Below, piece after piece: positions 1 to 11,800 of a stretch of 64,000 nt of DNA (its first letter is position 1; every line of letters begins with the position of its first letter). Both the position numbers and the translations under genes were made by a program. Source of the stretch: Macrostomum hystrix. Lineage: Eukaryota > Animalia > Platyhelminthes. The stretch spans positions 248,001-312,000 of the forward strand of contig CATNEN010000037.1 of assembly GCA_950097015.1 (NCBI GenBank), written 5' to 3'. The notes below the pieces were generated by a model. It did not search any database. It was not told where the DNA came from and was given only the letters and a program-made list of their open reading frames with translations.

Positions 1-1545
1 TTGGAACAGGGCTATCCCGAAGCTGCATCACTTCAGCTGAGCTAGGATGCTCCTCAGTTGGAACAGGACTATCCCGAAGCTGCATCACTTCAGCTGAGCT
101 AGGATGCTCCTCAGTTGGAACAGGGCTATCCCGATGCTGCATCACGTCAGCTGAGCTAGGATGCTCCTCAGTTGGAACAGGGCTATCCCGAAGCTGCATC
201 ACTTCAGCTGTGATGAGATGCTCCTCAGTTGGAACAGGACTATCCCGATGCTGCATCACTTCAGCTGTGATGAGATGCTCCTCAGTTGGAACAGGACTAT
301 CCCGATGCTGCATCACTTCAGCTGTGATGAGATACTCCTCAGTTGGAACAGGACTATCCCGATGCTGCATCACTTCAGCTGTGATGAGATACTCCTCAGT
401 TGGAACAGGGCTTTCACGAAGCTGCATCACTTCAGCTGTGATGAGATACTCCTCAGTTGGAACAGGGCTTTCACGAAGCTGTATCACTTCAGCTGAGCTA
501 GGATGCTCCTCAGCTGGAACAGGGCTATCCCGATGCTGCATCACGTCAGCTGAGCTAGGATGCTCCTCAGTTGGAACAGGGCTTTCACGAAGCTGCATCA
601 CTTCAGCTGAGCTAGGATGCTCCTCAGTTGGAACAGGGCTATCCCGAAGCTGCATCACTTCAGCTGAGCTAGGATGCTCCTCAGTTGGAACAGGGCTATC
701 CCGAAGCTGCATCACGTCAGCTGAGCTAGGATGCTCCTCAGTTGGAACAGGACTATCCCGATGCTGCATCACGTCAGCTGAGCTAGGATGCTCCTCAGTT
801 GGAACAGGGCTATCCCGAAGCTGCATCACTTCAGCTGAGCTAGGATGCTCCTCAGTTGGAACAGGGCTATCCCGAAGCTGCATCACGTCAGCTGAGCTAG
901 GATGCTCCTCAGTTGGAACAGGGACTATCCCGAATGCTGCATCACGTCAGCTGAGCTAGGATGCTCCTCAGTTGGAACAGGGCTATCCCGAAGCTGCATC
1001 ACTTCAGCTGAGCTAGGATGCTCCTCATTTGGAACAGGGCTATCCCGAAGCTGCATCACTTCAGCTGAGCTAGGATGCTCCTCAGTTGGAACAGGGCTAT
1101 CCCGAAGCTGCATCACTTCAGCTGAGCTAGGATGCTCCTCAGTTGGAACAGGGCTATCCCGAAGCTGTATCACTTCAGCTGAGCTAGGATGCTCCTCAGT
1201 TGGAACAGGGCTATCCCGAAGCTGCATCACTTCAGCCGAGCTAGGATGCTCCTCAGTTGGAACAGGGCTATCCCGATGCTGCATCACGTCAGCCGAGCTA
1301 GGATGCTCCTCAGTTGGAACAGGGCTTTCACGAAGCTGCATCACGTCAGCTGAGCTAGGATGCTCCTCAGGTGGAACAGGGCTATCCCGATGCTGCATCA
1401 CTTCAGCTGAGCTAGGATGCTCCTCAGTTGGAACAGGGCTTTCACGAAGCTGCATCACGTCAGCTGAGCTAGGATGCTCCTCAGGTGGAACAGGGCTTTC
1501 ACGAAACTGTAGTACATCAGCTGAGCGAGTAGGTTCATCGGACTC
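1..1545. repeat. Coding minisatellite, 57-bp unit, about 27 copies in window ([19 protein letters not shown] on minus strand)
   Basis: Unit ttggaacagggctatcccgaagctgcatcacttcagctgagctaggatgctcctcag; variants keep the frame. Confidence 0.97.
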
Positions 1546-2849
1546 CGTGAAACTAGTGGCTGACGCTACCTTCAGATCTTTTCCGCTTTTAAAAGCCTCG
1601 ATTTCTAGTTTCATTTCCTCGGATGAAGATGTTTTGGGGCTAGAAGCTGCTTGAGCACCTAGATTCTCGGCTAAGAACTCCCTTTCCATCTCCTCAGGAA
1701 TCGAGCGGAAGACTTCGTCGGCATCTGCGCTGGACTCTCTTTCGTCTTTAGTGTCTGGCGACTTGGAACCGGCAGTGGCTGTTGATGCGAACATGCATTC
1801 CGGAATGTCCTCCTGGATTTTAAAGCCAAACATTTCAAGATCGCCGTGAATGCCTCTATAACGGCTGTCAATGTCTTCAGCTGCCTCTTCAATTAGCTTC
1901 TCCGCCCTTTGAATACGCTCGTCGAAGCCCCTATCTACGTCGCTGCCTTCCTCTTCGGTAATCCGACCCATCGCCTCTACTTGCGAGACTGGCTCCGCAG
2001 GTATGAAAAGCTTGTAAGCATCATCAGGCGACTGAACAGGGCTATCTATCTTTTCTTCCATCTTTCTAGATGAGTATTCCGAAGACAACAGCAATGAAAA
2101 CTTTGATTGCTCTTCCTTCACGGGAGAGATCAGCTCCTCAGGCCGGATTCCACCCTCATGGAACAGCTCCTGCCGTATTGGAAGATTTTGACCGTGTCCA
2201 GGAATGGTCCTCTTATCTTCGTCATCATCTTCATAAGTTGAGGCGCAGGCAGACGAGGTGCTTTCAACATCGGCGAAGCCTCCAACGGCGCCTTCGGAAA
2301 GCTCATCGGCCGGCACATCAGTGTGAAGGGACGAAGTCTCGTCCTCGGCGTCAGTGTCCAAAATGCCAGACGGTGCAGTGGTGGTGCTGGCTGCGTCCTC
2401 GAATTGATCGTCGGTTTGGTCCGCAATCATCGCGCTTGGCCCCTCTTCTGCTTTGGGAAACGATATCTCCATAACATCACTGCTGACGTGTTCGGCTGTC
2501 TGGCTTATCAGTGGAGAAGAGCCTCTCTCTGATGACGAGTGCTCTAGAGCTGGATGATCAAGGGGCAGGCTTTCCTCAACAGGAGTTGCGGCGGCAGTAT
2601 CGGGCTCTTGGTATAGGTTGCTCTGAGACAGCGACTTAGACGCTTCGCTTATTGACTTCTCCTCTACAACAGGAGTGCCGTCTGGTGTGGTCAATGCACT
2701 GTCTATGGCCCGATGCAGCATCTCAGTGCGCAGGCCTGCTTCGAACTCGAACGCCCTCAATTTGAGAGCATTCAGACTGTGCCTGCGGGTCTCTGCGCCA
2801 GGGGAGGCTTCTGGGTTGGGGGTGGGACTCTCGGAGGGACCGGGGGCAA
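1..2849 (-). CDS. Ank2: Ankyrin giant exon B (over 2.8 kb, runs off window) with 19-aa tandem repeats; apparent frameshift at 921-934
   Basis: ttttttatccgaaacag|TTGCC acceptor, phase 1; ORF 925-2925. The same 57-bp coding unit continues to position 1 after two extra bases at about 923 and 934. Confidence 0.85.
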
Positions 2850-5800
2850 CTGTTTCGGATAAAAAAGGTGGGATAAGGTTTGCAATTAAAATCATGTACG
2901 ATTTGTGTACAATAGATTTTGCCAATGGGTGCGATCAAGTTAAAAAATCTGCTGCTAGTCTGTGTACGCCATTCACTAGAAAAGCTGGATCTAATGAGGA
3001 ACATATTCGTAGTAGGCCTAACATTATTGCACTATCTATACGACGTAAATAATGAAATCCAACGCATTAAACAGATAGAAAACTATTCTCACTTATGGAT
3101 CTAAAGTAAGGAAATGTTTAGGCCTGTAAAGCCCCGAAATATTGAACAAGTGTTGCTAAGATCGCATGCCAAAGAAGATTCGTGCGGTGGCCACTTCAAC
3201 AACAGCGACATTGACACAGTTGAACTCTTCTAAGGTACCGCCCTAACTAAACACTTCTTCGACCTGTTATTTTAGTACGGACTATGATTGAGTGCACTTT
3301 AAAGCGGAGATTTGCAAGTAAACATGCAGCGCTTATCACTAATGTAGTTAAAAACACAGATATTTAATTAATAGTGGCTCCTATTTAGTACTGGGTCAGT
3401 GTCAGTTGCCAAAGTGTCAGATAATAGGAAAATTGTGAAATATTAGTTTCGACTTCGCGTTGCTCAGAAGTGCAAGCTGCTACACTCGTATGATTGAACA
3501 AATGATGTGCTCATACGAGGACAAGAGAAAAAAATGCAACTGGTAAATCAAATAAAATATTGCTTCCTATACTCTCTATCTGCGAGAAAAAAACTGGATC
3601 TACAGAATGTAAAAAACGGTCTAGCATAACTTCTCTATCAACCCCAGGCAGCATATTCCAGCATGAGAAAGAAAAAAATGCTAGCTGTTGAGGTCTAAAG
3701 CTGTCCGAAAAGGACACGCTTCACCCGCGTTACCCGATGGCACCCTCTATTCACTGTCTCTCCTGGTCTCTTGTCCGATGGCAGAGTACTGGCAAGTCAA
3801 TCAAATATGCGTCGTCGAGAGTTGCCAAGTGGTTTCCCGAGGTTCGTTAATGACCTAACGCGCTCTGATGGACCCGTCATTGATTTTTCCAAGCTGCCCC
3901 ACCTCCCAAAAAGATACTTCTCGTCGCTGAGGTCCGGCAACACACGAGTCCCGAGTCCCGAGTCCCGAGTCCCGAGTCCCGAGCACTACACGCCTTGCAA
4001 CAGCATCGCCAATAAACAGGCGGACATTCGTATCCTTCTACTGTCATTGGATTGTCACTGGAACTTGCTTGATTTCAAAAAATAGCAAACTATAGTAAGC
4101 GGATAAGCAAAGTAAAGTTGAAAAAACACACGAGTACTTAATAACTACTCGACTTCACAAAATAGGATTCTAAATATCCCCATCTACTCAGCTCTTGTCG
4201 CATCATGCTCAGATAAAATAAATAGACCTGAGAAGATTTGCTGCCAGAAAAGCTGACTAAATATGCGTAGAATTGAGTTCATGGAAAGGATTGTTGGTGC
4301 AGGAAAATACTCAGTGCAAACGTTTTTTAACAAGCAGAGCATCTGCACATTTTATTGCAAATTTGTTAGTGCTATTATTGACTTCAAAGCCAAGCATGAG
4401 CTGTCTAGCAGTAAGCATAGAAGGCAAAGTGTGTTATACAATCTACACTTGTAATTGTGAATCAGCGTGCGATATTGGAATCTTTAATATAGGTTAGGAA
4501 ACGCTCATTTTGGTAGCTGGGTTATTTAGTTTATCACTGGCTCATCTTAGCAATGTTAGATCAGACTTAGGCTTCAGTAATTAGAGCGCTTGTTTAGTGC
4601 TTTCCGGTTTTTATAGCCAGATGCATATTGTAGCAACGTGACAAATCCGTGGTTAGGCATTAATTATATTCGAACTCCTGACCTTCAGAGAGTTTCTCCT
4701 CCAGATCGCTGTCTCCCAAGTCGTCGCTGGAAAGTTCACCCACTTCTGCGTCCACGATGAACTTTCCACGAAGCAGGATTTTTCGATCGAATGACGCATC
4801 CACAATGGAGACCTGATCGCCTGTCTCGGTTACCTCACTTCTACTCTCAATGCTAGGTGTGTTAGTGTTGTCCGACACGACCTCAACGTATTGGAAGCTT
4901 CCTTGGTTAACTGGCGAAGTCATCAGGTCGCTGCGACTTCCCGTGGCAAGTTTGTCTCGACTAGACTCATAATACTGAACGAAACCCTTCGTTCTATTAC
5001 GGCGCTTAATTACAGACTTAGTTTTAGTCACTAAGCCGTCTTTCTCCTCCTCGTTCTCGTCATTTTCCGTGTCCTGATCGCACTCAAACTGCCATGTTTC
5101 TCGTCTCTCTCGCACCTGGTTGACAAGGGCTGCCTCCATTTCGATGGATTCATCCAGCAGGCTGCCAACGCTCTGACCAAACGCCACAGAACTGCCAATG
5201 TCATGCACTTTAAAAGTCTCTGACGAGTCCAAAGCGTCCCTGTAGTTTTCGAGCTCTTCCCACAGGAACTGAGATGCAGTAGAGCGTAGGTCTTTCAGAT
5301 TATACAGGCTTGGACGATTGAAACTCGGCACCAAGTCGTTCTCCATTCTTTCCAACTCGTAAGCAATCGTAATGAGCTGCCTTTCCTCTGAAGCAGTCCG
5401 TTGGCTTGAGTTAGTTGTCGTTGCAGTGCTTGTCTGCTCCAGCAAATCTACGCTGTTGAAGTCATTTGTCTCTTGCTCTATCTCGATATAAGTCTTACGG
5501 CTAGTACCCGAAACTTCGGCGATGGTACATTCGTTGCTGGAACCATTCATGTCAGCAGCCATTGCAGCCCGTAGGGCCTCTTCTGCATCCGCTTCATCGC
5601 TGCCAGTCAGAGACTCAGCGTCTTCATTCATACCTTCTGCTCCTGAATGCGTAGTCTTTGACGTTAATTCAGACAGCACAGACTGTCGATGGCTGGACTC
5701 TTGCTGCAGGGTTTCTTCAAGAACCGAATCATGCACTGTTTTGGTGGTCCATTCAGTTGAGGTCGTGCAAATCGCATGAGTTGAAGTCTCATTGAGTTCG

Positions 5801-8800
5801 TTGATAATCTTGAAGTCCTCCATCGATTCACTCCAACGAATAGTCGGGTATCTGTCCAGCTGGCTCTCCAGGAATTGAGATGCTGTCGAGCGCAAATCTT
5901 TTCTATCATAGACTCTAGCGTGAACATAGCTTGGTGTTAGATCTTGGGCCTCGTATTCAATATCATACACCATTGCGATACTCTTGGAAATAGTTTTCGT
6001 CTGCACAGAATCATTTCTTTCCCGGCTGTCTTGATTCGGCCTCTTAACTACGTTTATCTCTGCAGTGGAGGTCAGAGTAGCTAGCTCATCCCCGCCAGTA
6101 GGTTTTGTAGTCCGAGTTACTTCTCTATAAATTGTTTTAGAAGAATTCGCTGCCACCGTCGAGGGTCGCTCACCAGACGAATTCGTGCTGGTTTTAATTT
6201 CAACTGACTTTCGCTGAGATCCCTCTGTGCCCCGACTCAACACAGAGACTGAAGAGCCAGTGTTAAAGTCATTTCTTACACCAGTACTTGGGCAAATCTG
6301 AAAACCCGTGTCGGAATCCTCAATCTCAAGTCTCTGCTCAGACTGGTCAGTCGTGCTGGCGATAGTGCCAGGGCACACCTGGACATTCGTGTCGGTCTCC
6401 TCAATCTCAAGTCTCTGCTTAGACTCCTCAGTAGTGGTGATAATGCCTGGGCATACCTGGACATCCGTGCCAGTCTCTTCGATGTCAAGTCTCTGCTCAG
6501 ACTCGTCAGTCGTGGTAATGATAATACCTGGACACACCTGGACATCATTGTCGGTCTCCTCGATCTCAAGTCTCTGCTCAGACTCGTCAGTAGTAGAGGT
6601 GATAATGCCAGGGCATACCTGGATATTCGAGTCGGTGTCCTCAATCTCAAGTCTCTGCTCAGACTCCTCAGTAGTGGTGATGGCAATGCCAGGGCACACC
6701 TGGACATTCGTGTCGGTGTCCTCAATCTCAAGTCTCTGCTCAGACTGGTCAGTCGTGCTTGTGATAATGCCTGGGCACACCTGGGCATTCGTGTCGGTCT
6801 CTTCGATGTCAAGTCTCTGCTCAGACTCCTCAGTCGTAATAACTAATCCAGGGCACACCTGGACATCATTGTCGGTCTCCTCGATCTCAAGTCTCTGCTC
6901 AGACTCGTCAGTAGTAGTGGTGATGGCAATGCCAGGGCACACCTGGACATTCGTGTCGGTGTCCTCAATCTCAAGTCTCTGCTCAGACTGGTCAGTCGTG
7001 CTTGTGATAATGCCTGGGCACACCTGGGCATTCGTGTCGGTCTCTTCGATGTCAAGTCCCTGCTCAGACTCGTCAGTCGTGGTAATGATAATGCCAGGGC
7101 ACACCTGGACATCATTGTCGGTCTCCTCGATATCAAGTCTCTGCTCAGACTCGTCAGTAGTAGTGGTGATGATGCCAGGGCACACCTGGACATCATTGTC
7201 GGTCTCGTCAATCTCAATTCTCTGCTCAGACTCGTCATTCATGCTTGTTATAATACCTGGACACACCTGGACATCATTGTCGGTCTCCTCGATCTCAAGT
7301 CTCTGCTCAGACTCGTCAGTAGTGGTGATGGCAATGCCAGGGCACACCTGGACATTCGTGTCGGTGTCCTCAATCTCAAGTCTCTGCTCAGACTGGTCAG
7401 TCGTGCTTGTGATAATGCCTGGGCACACCTGGGCATTCGTGTCGGTCTCTTCGATGTCAAGTCTCTGCTCAGACTCCTCAGTCGTAATAACTAATCCAGG
7501 GCACACCTGGACATCCGTGTCGGTCTCCTCAATCTCAAGTCTCTGCTCAGACTCGTCAGTCATGCTGGTGATAATGCCTGGACACACCTGGACATCATTG
7601 TCGGTCTCCTCGATATCAAGTCTCTGCTCAGACTCGTCAGTAGTAGTGGTGATGATGCCAGGGCACACCTGGACATCATTGTCGGTCTCGTCAATCTCAA
7701 TTCTCTGCTCAGACTCGTCATTCATGCTTGTTATAATGCCTGGACACACCTGGACATCATTGTCGGTCTCCTCGATCTCAAGTCTCTGCTCAGACTCGTC
7801 AGTAGTAGTGGTGATGATGCCAGGGCACACCTGAACATCATTGTCGGTCTCCTCAATCTCAACTCTCTGCTCAGACTCGTCAGTAGTAGTGGTGATGATG
7901 CCAGGGCACACCTGAACATCATTGTCGGTCTCCTCAATCTCAACTCTCTGCTCAGACTCGTCATTCATCCTGGTTATAATGCCTGGACACACCTGGACAT
8001 CATTGTCGGTCTCCTCGATCTCAAGTCTCTGCTCAGACTCGTCAGTCGTAATAACTGATCCAGGGCACACCTGGACATTCGTGTCGGTCTCCTCGATCTT
8101 AAGTCTCTGCTCAGACTCGTCAGTCGTAATAACTGATCCAGGGCAAACCTGGACATTCCTGTCGGTCTCCTCGATCTCAAGTCTCTGCTCAGACTCGTCA
8201 GTAGTTTTGATAATGCCTGGGCACACCTGGACATTCGTGTCGGTCTCCTCAATCTCTAGTCTCTGCTCAGACTGGTCAGTCATGCTTGTGATAATGCCTG
8301 GGCACACCTGGGCATTCGGGTCGGACTTCTCAATCTCCTGTCTCTGCTCAGACTCGTCAGTAGTGGTGATGGCAATACCAGGGCACACCTGGACATTCGT
8401 GTCAGTCTCCTCAATCTCCTGTCTCTGCTCAGACTCGTCAGTAGTGGGGATGGCAATGCCAGGGCACACCTGGACATCTGTGTCGGTCTCTTCAAACATA
8501 GTTTTCTGTTGGCCTTCGGTTGTTGTACTGGAGATCTTTGATTTCTCGGTAATGACGCCTGTTATCGTTTCTTCTGTTACATCTGTCAAAGCCTGTTGAT
8601 AATAGTTATCTGTGTTTTCTTTTGGCGCTCCATTTTTGTTCGATGACTTTGAATGTTTTGGCGCGGTTTTGGATTGAAGTTGCGATTGGGAGACACTGAA
8701 TAGTTCCTCTTCAACTTCGTCCGTCTTTTCGTCAGTTTTATACGAATCGAATTTCTGATTTTCCATCTGAAGCTCGTCGTCGGTACGCAAAGCTGCATAC

Positions 8801-11800
8801 GTTGACTCGTCTAGAACTAAGGAAATCAGAGAAAGGATTGCGGGAGGAGCATGCAATATTAGAAAGTTGGGACGGCCGTGGGCAGTACAATGATAAGTGC
8901 ACCAAAATTATTTGAAGGTAAATGCGTGCAGTCAACAAGGTTCCTAAGAAAAATAAAACATTAAAGCAGAGGCTAACGTCGACAAGGCATGCAACCAGTC
9001 GCTCATGAAGTGTGTCTAGAGAACAATTTTTTCATGACTCCTACCATCTAAAGAGCTGCGTCATTAATAGGCACGATTTTTTTCTATCCCAGATTAAATA
9101 CCTATGGCTCCCTGAATGGCATCGTCCACAATGCCGCTAGCCGCCTCTTGCGTCGGTGACACCGCCTCTGCCGCCGCTGCCCCCGCTGCCGCCTCTTCCG
9201 AGTCACCGTGAAATACTCGAACATCAGTGCTGCGTCTGGTGATCACCCGGCGTCGGACAATGCTACCGTCGGGTAAAACCTCCTCCGCTTCTTCGATGGT
9301 CTCTTCTGGACTCTCCTGGTGCTCGTGATGCTGCAGCTGGTCGTCGTCATCATCGGGATAGTAGCGGGCGTGCCGGTGCTCGAGGCAGGCGTCAGCGGTG
9401 CCGGCGCGCTGGAGCACTTCATCAGCGCAGCCCTCCGTGACAATGCGCTCTGTCACCTCTTGGACAACGCGGCGACGCACAATTCGCTTGCGCAGAACTG
9501 TGCCGTCGGGAAGGCGCTCTTCCTGCTCCTCCTCTTCAACGAATTCCTGGGGCTCGCCACGGACCAACTCGTGCCGGTGGCTGACGCTGTGTCTGTGCGG
9601 ATCGTCTGAGGGGTGAAAGAGGGCGGGATGGAGGTGCGTTGTGGCGGCGAGCAAGCGAGCTGCCATTACAAAGACTGCTGCATAACAAAGACTACAATAT
9701 TCTAAATTTATATAAATGTTTGCATATTTTTTTATGTTGATTACACCTGCTCTAATTGGGATAGATGTGCAGCCGACAGCACAGCCGACAGCTATTCCAC
9801 GTGCATCTGAAGGCTGCACGACTGGTGGGACGCCACACCCACCCTCAATTACCCCAGCTAATGCTGGCACCCATTTAACAGCTGGGTGAATTGTAGCAAT
9901 GCAGAGATAAGTGTCTTGCTAAAAGACACAAATTGTTCCAGTGGAGTCAGGAATCGAACCCCCGACCTTTAAGTCGTGAGTCCGACGCTTTAACCACAAG
10001 GCTACAACCCCGCTTTTATATATTATAGAGCTATAAAATAGGCTATGACCCATGCTCTCCATGGATTTATGATTGAAAACTGCTTAAGTGGCTCGTACCA
10101 ATTATCTTTTTAAAGTTAGAAATGTCAACAATATCCGTGTAACATTTCATTTCCAGATTATTGACAATCTTCTTTCCCTTTCTTTGCCAAATTCAATATT
10201 TTTTACAATAAATAAGCCATCCTTTATTTACACTCGTAGTTCAAACGAGTTATGCGGGTTGCTATTTGGTTAGCTTCAAGCTGTATATAAACATTTACAC
10301 ACAAATATGTGAACTGGGTACGATCGAAGCTGGGGAAAAACTCAAATCTCATATTTCAACGATAATATTTTGCCAGTATTTGCCTAATCTTCAAATCCGA
10401 AGCGCACTTCACAGATGTTGCTATAGAATCTCTAACACATTTTATGCGAGAAGGCGAGAGGAAGACTGCGGCAGGAAATGCAGGATTGTGGCGTATTGAA
10501 TTCTGCTCTCATCTACAGGCCTCCCAGACTGGCGGGAGTGAAATATTTATGACCACAGAAAGCATTTCTGTGTGTTGCGGGCCGTCCTGTTTGCCTCGTC
10601 GTTCGGATATCATTTTCTGCCTTTCCATTTAGCTCACGGGCGCCCCATTTTGAGAACGTCACCACCAAATCCCCATTTTCAGGGTACAGGTTGGCACTGG
10701 GCAGATCCTGATGCACTACCGTCTCGTTTACTGACTTTTGTTGCATTAAAAAGTCGAATAAATTATCTATATATTAGCTGAAGCTTGTGTGTCTGTTCTA
10801 GTTAGTAAGTGTTTTAACAGTAGAACAACCGGGGGGGTTTTCCCCCTCGACAATTTTTTGCTGCACCCGAACATAGCAACGCAAGCACACGAAACTCAAG
10901 AACACGGGCCAACTTTTTGTTGCGCATCTTCTCAAACAAGACTATTGACACCCTGACGCGAATTTCTATACTTTTGCTGATCAAGCCTCGAAATTTGGCA
11001 ACATTCAACTACAAGGCATGCTACCCTAGTCTGTCAACCAACCAGTCACCAACCCGACGCCGAATGATCAACGAAAGTGTAGAGAAATTCGCGTCAGGGT
11101 GTCAATAGTCGGCTGGTGCCACCTGTTAAAGGTCGAGCAGCTCCGTCTAGATAAAGGGCGGTGACCACCGAAGTCGGAGATGATGCAGGCACATTCGGGT
11201 GACATGCTGATCGATTTTGAAGGCCTGGCAAGGCCGCACTGAGGCGCAGTGCTAATTCGTGTATAGGGGTGTATGAAATACACTAGCGCTTAAGGGAAAA
11301 ATCTGACCTTCGGCCAGAACCGTTGAATATATCGACGGTCTGAAGGGCTGGCGACTTGGTTCTTGTTTCAGAAGATGCGCAACAAAATGTTGGCCCGTGT
11401 TCTTGAGTTTCGTGTGCTTGCGTTGCTCCGTTTGGGCGCAGCAAAAAATTGTCAGGGGGGAGGAAATAACTCCCCCTCTCTTGGTATAAAAACGGGCGGC
11501 AAAATGGCTTGGTAGTCCTACTGTTAAGGACGCTTTAAAAATGAGATACTGCCATCGAGCTGTATGCACAACCTTGAAAAGTTTTTTACTAATTGTCGGG
11601 TTTTTAACAAAAATGGTAACTAAATTTTGACAATATATATAGCTTAGATGTACCTTTCTCATCGTCATTTGTGATTAGGGAAAAATTCAGAACCAGCTGA
11701 TGGCTTGACAAGTCGATCGACCTGTTGTCACCATATTTTTCTGGTAGTGTTGCACTATGTTGCTAATAGCAACATGCACTGTCTGTCTTAGTAAAATCTA

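Noticed and set aside
161-1654. Plus-strand ORFs (111, 249, 250 aa) rich in Cys/Ser
   Set aside because: Antisense shadows of the 57-bp ankyrin coding repeat; the minus frame has the splice acceptor and continues non-repetitive sequence.
1600-2849. LIR (ATG8-binding) or SxIP (EB-binding) motifs like those in giant AnkG
   Set aside because: Only chance-level matches (e.g. DEVFRSIP); they cannot be distinguished from background in acidic low-complexity sequence.
3771-4085. 104-aa plus ORF in the intron between the giant exons
   Set aside because: No motif, interrupted by a heptamer microsatellite, no splice support.
6308-8599. Plus-strand 508-aa and 225-aa Ser/Val-rich ORFs
   Set aside because: Antisense mirror of the giant exon A repeat.
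10513-10746. Minus ORF ([12 protein letters not shown]...) as another ankyrin cassette
   Set aside because: Weak acceptor, no convincing donor, composition unlike flanking exons.
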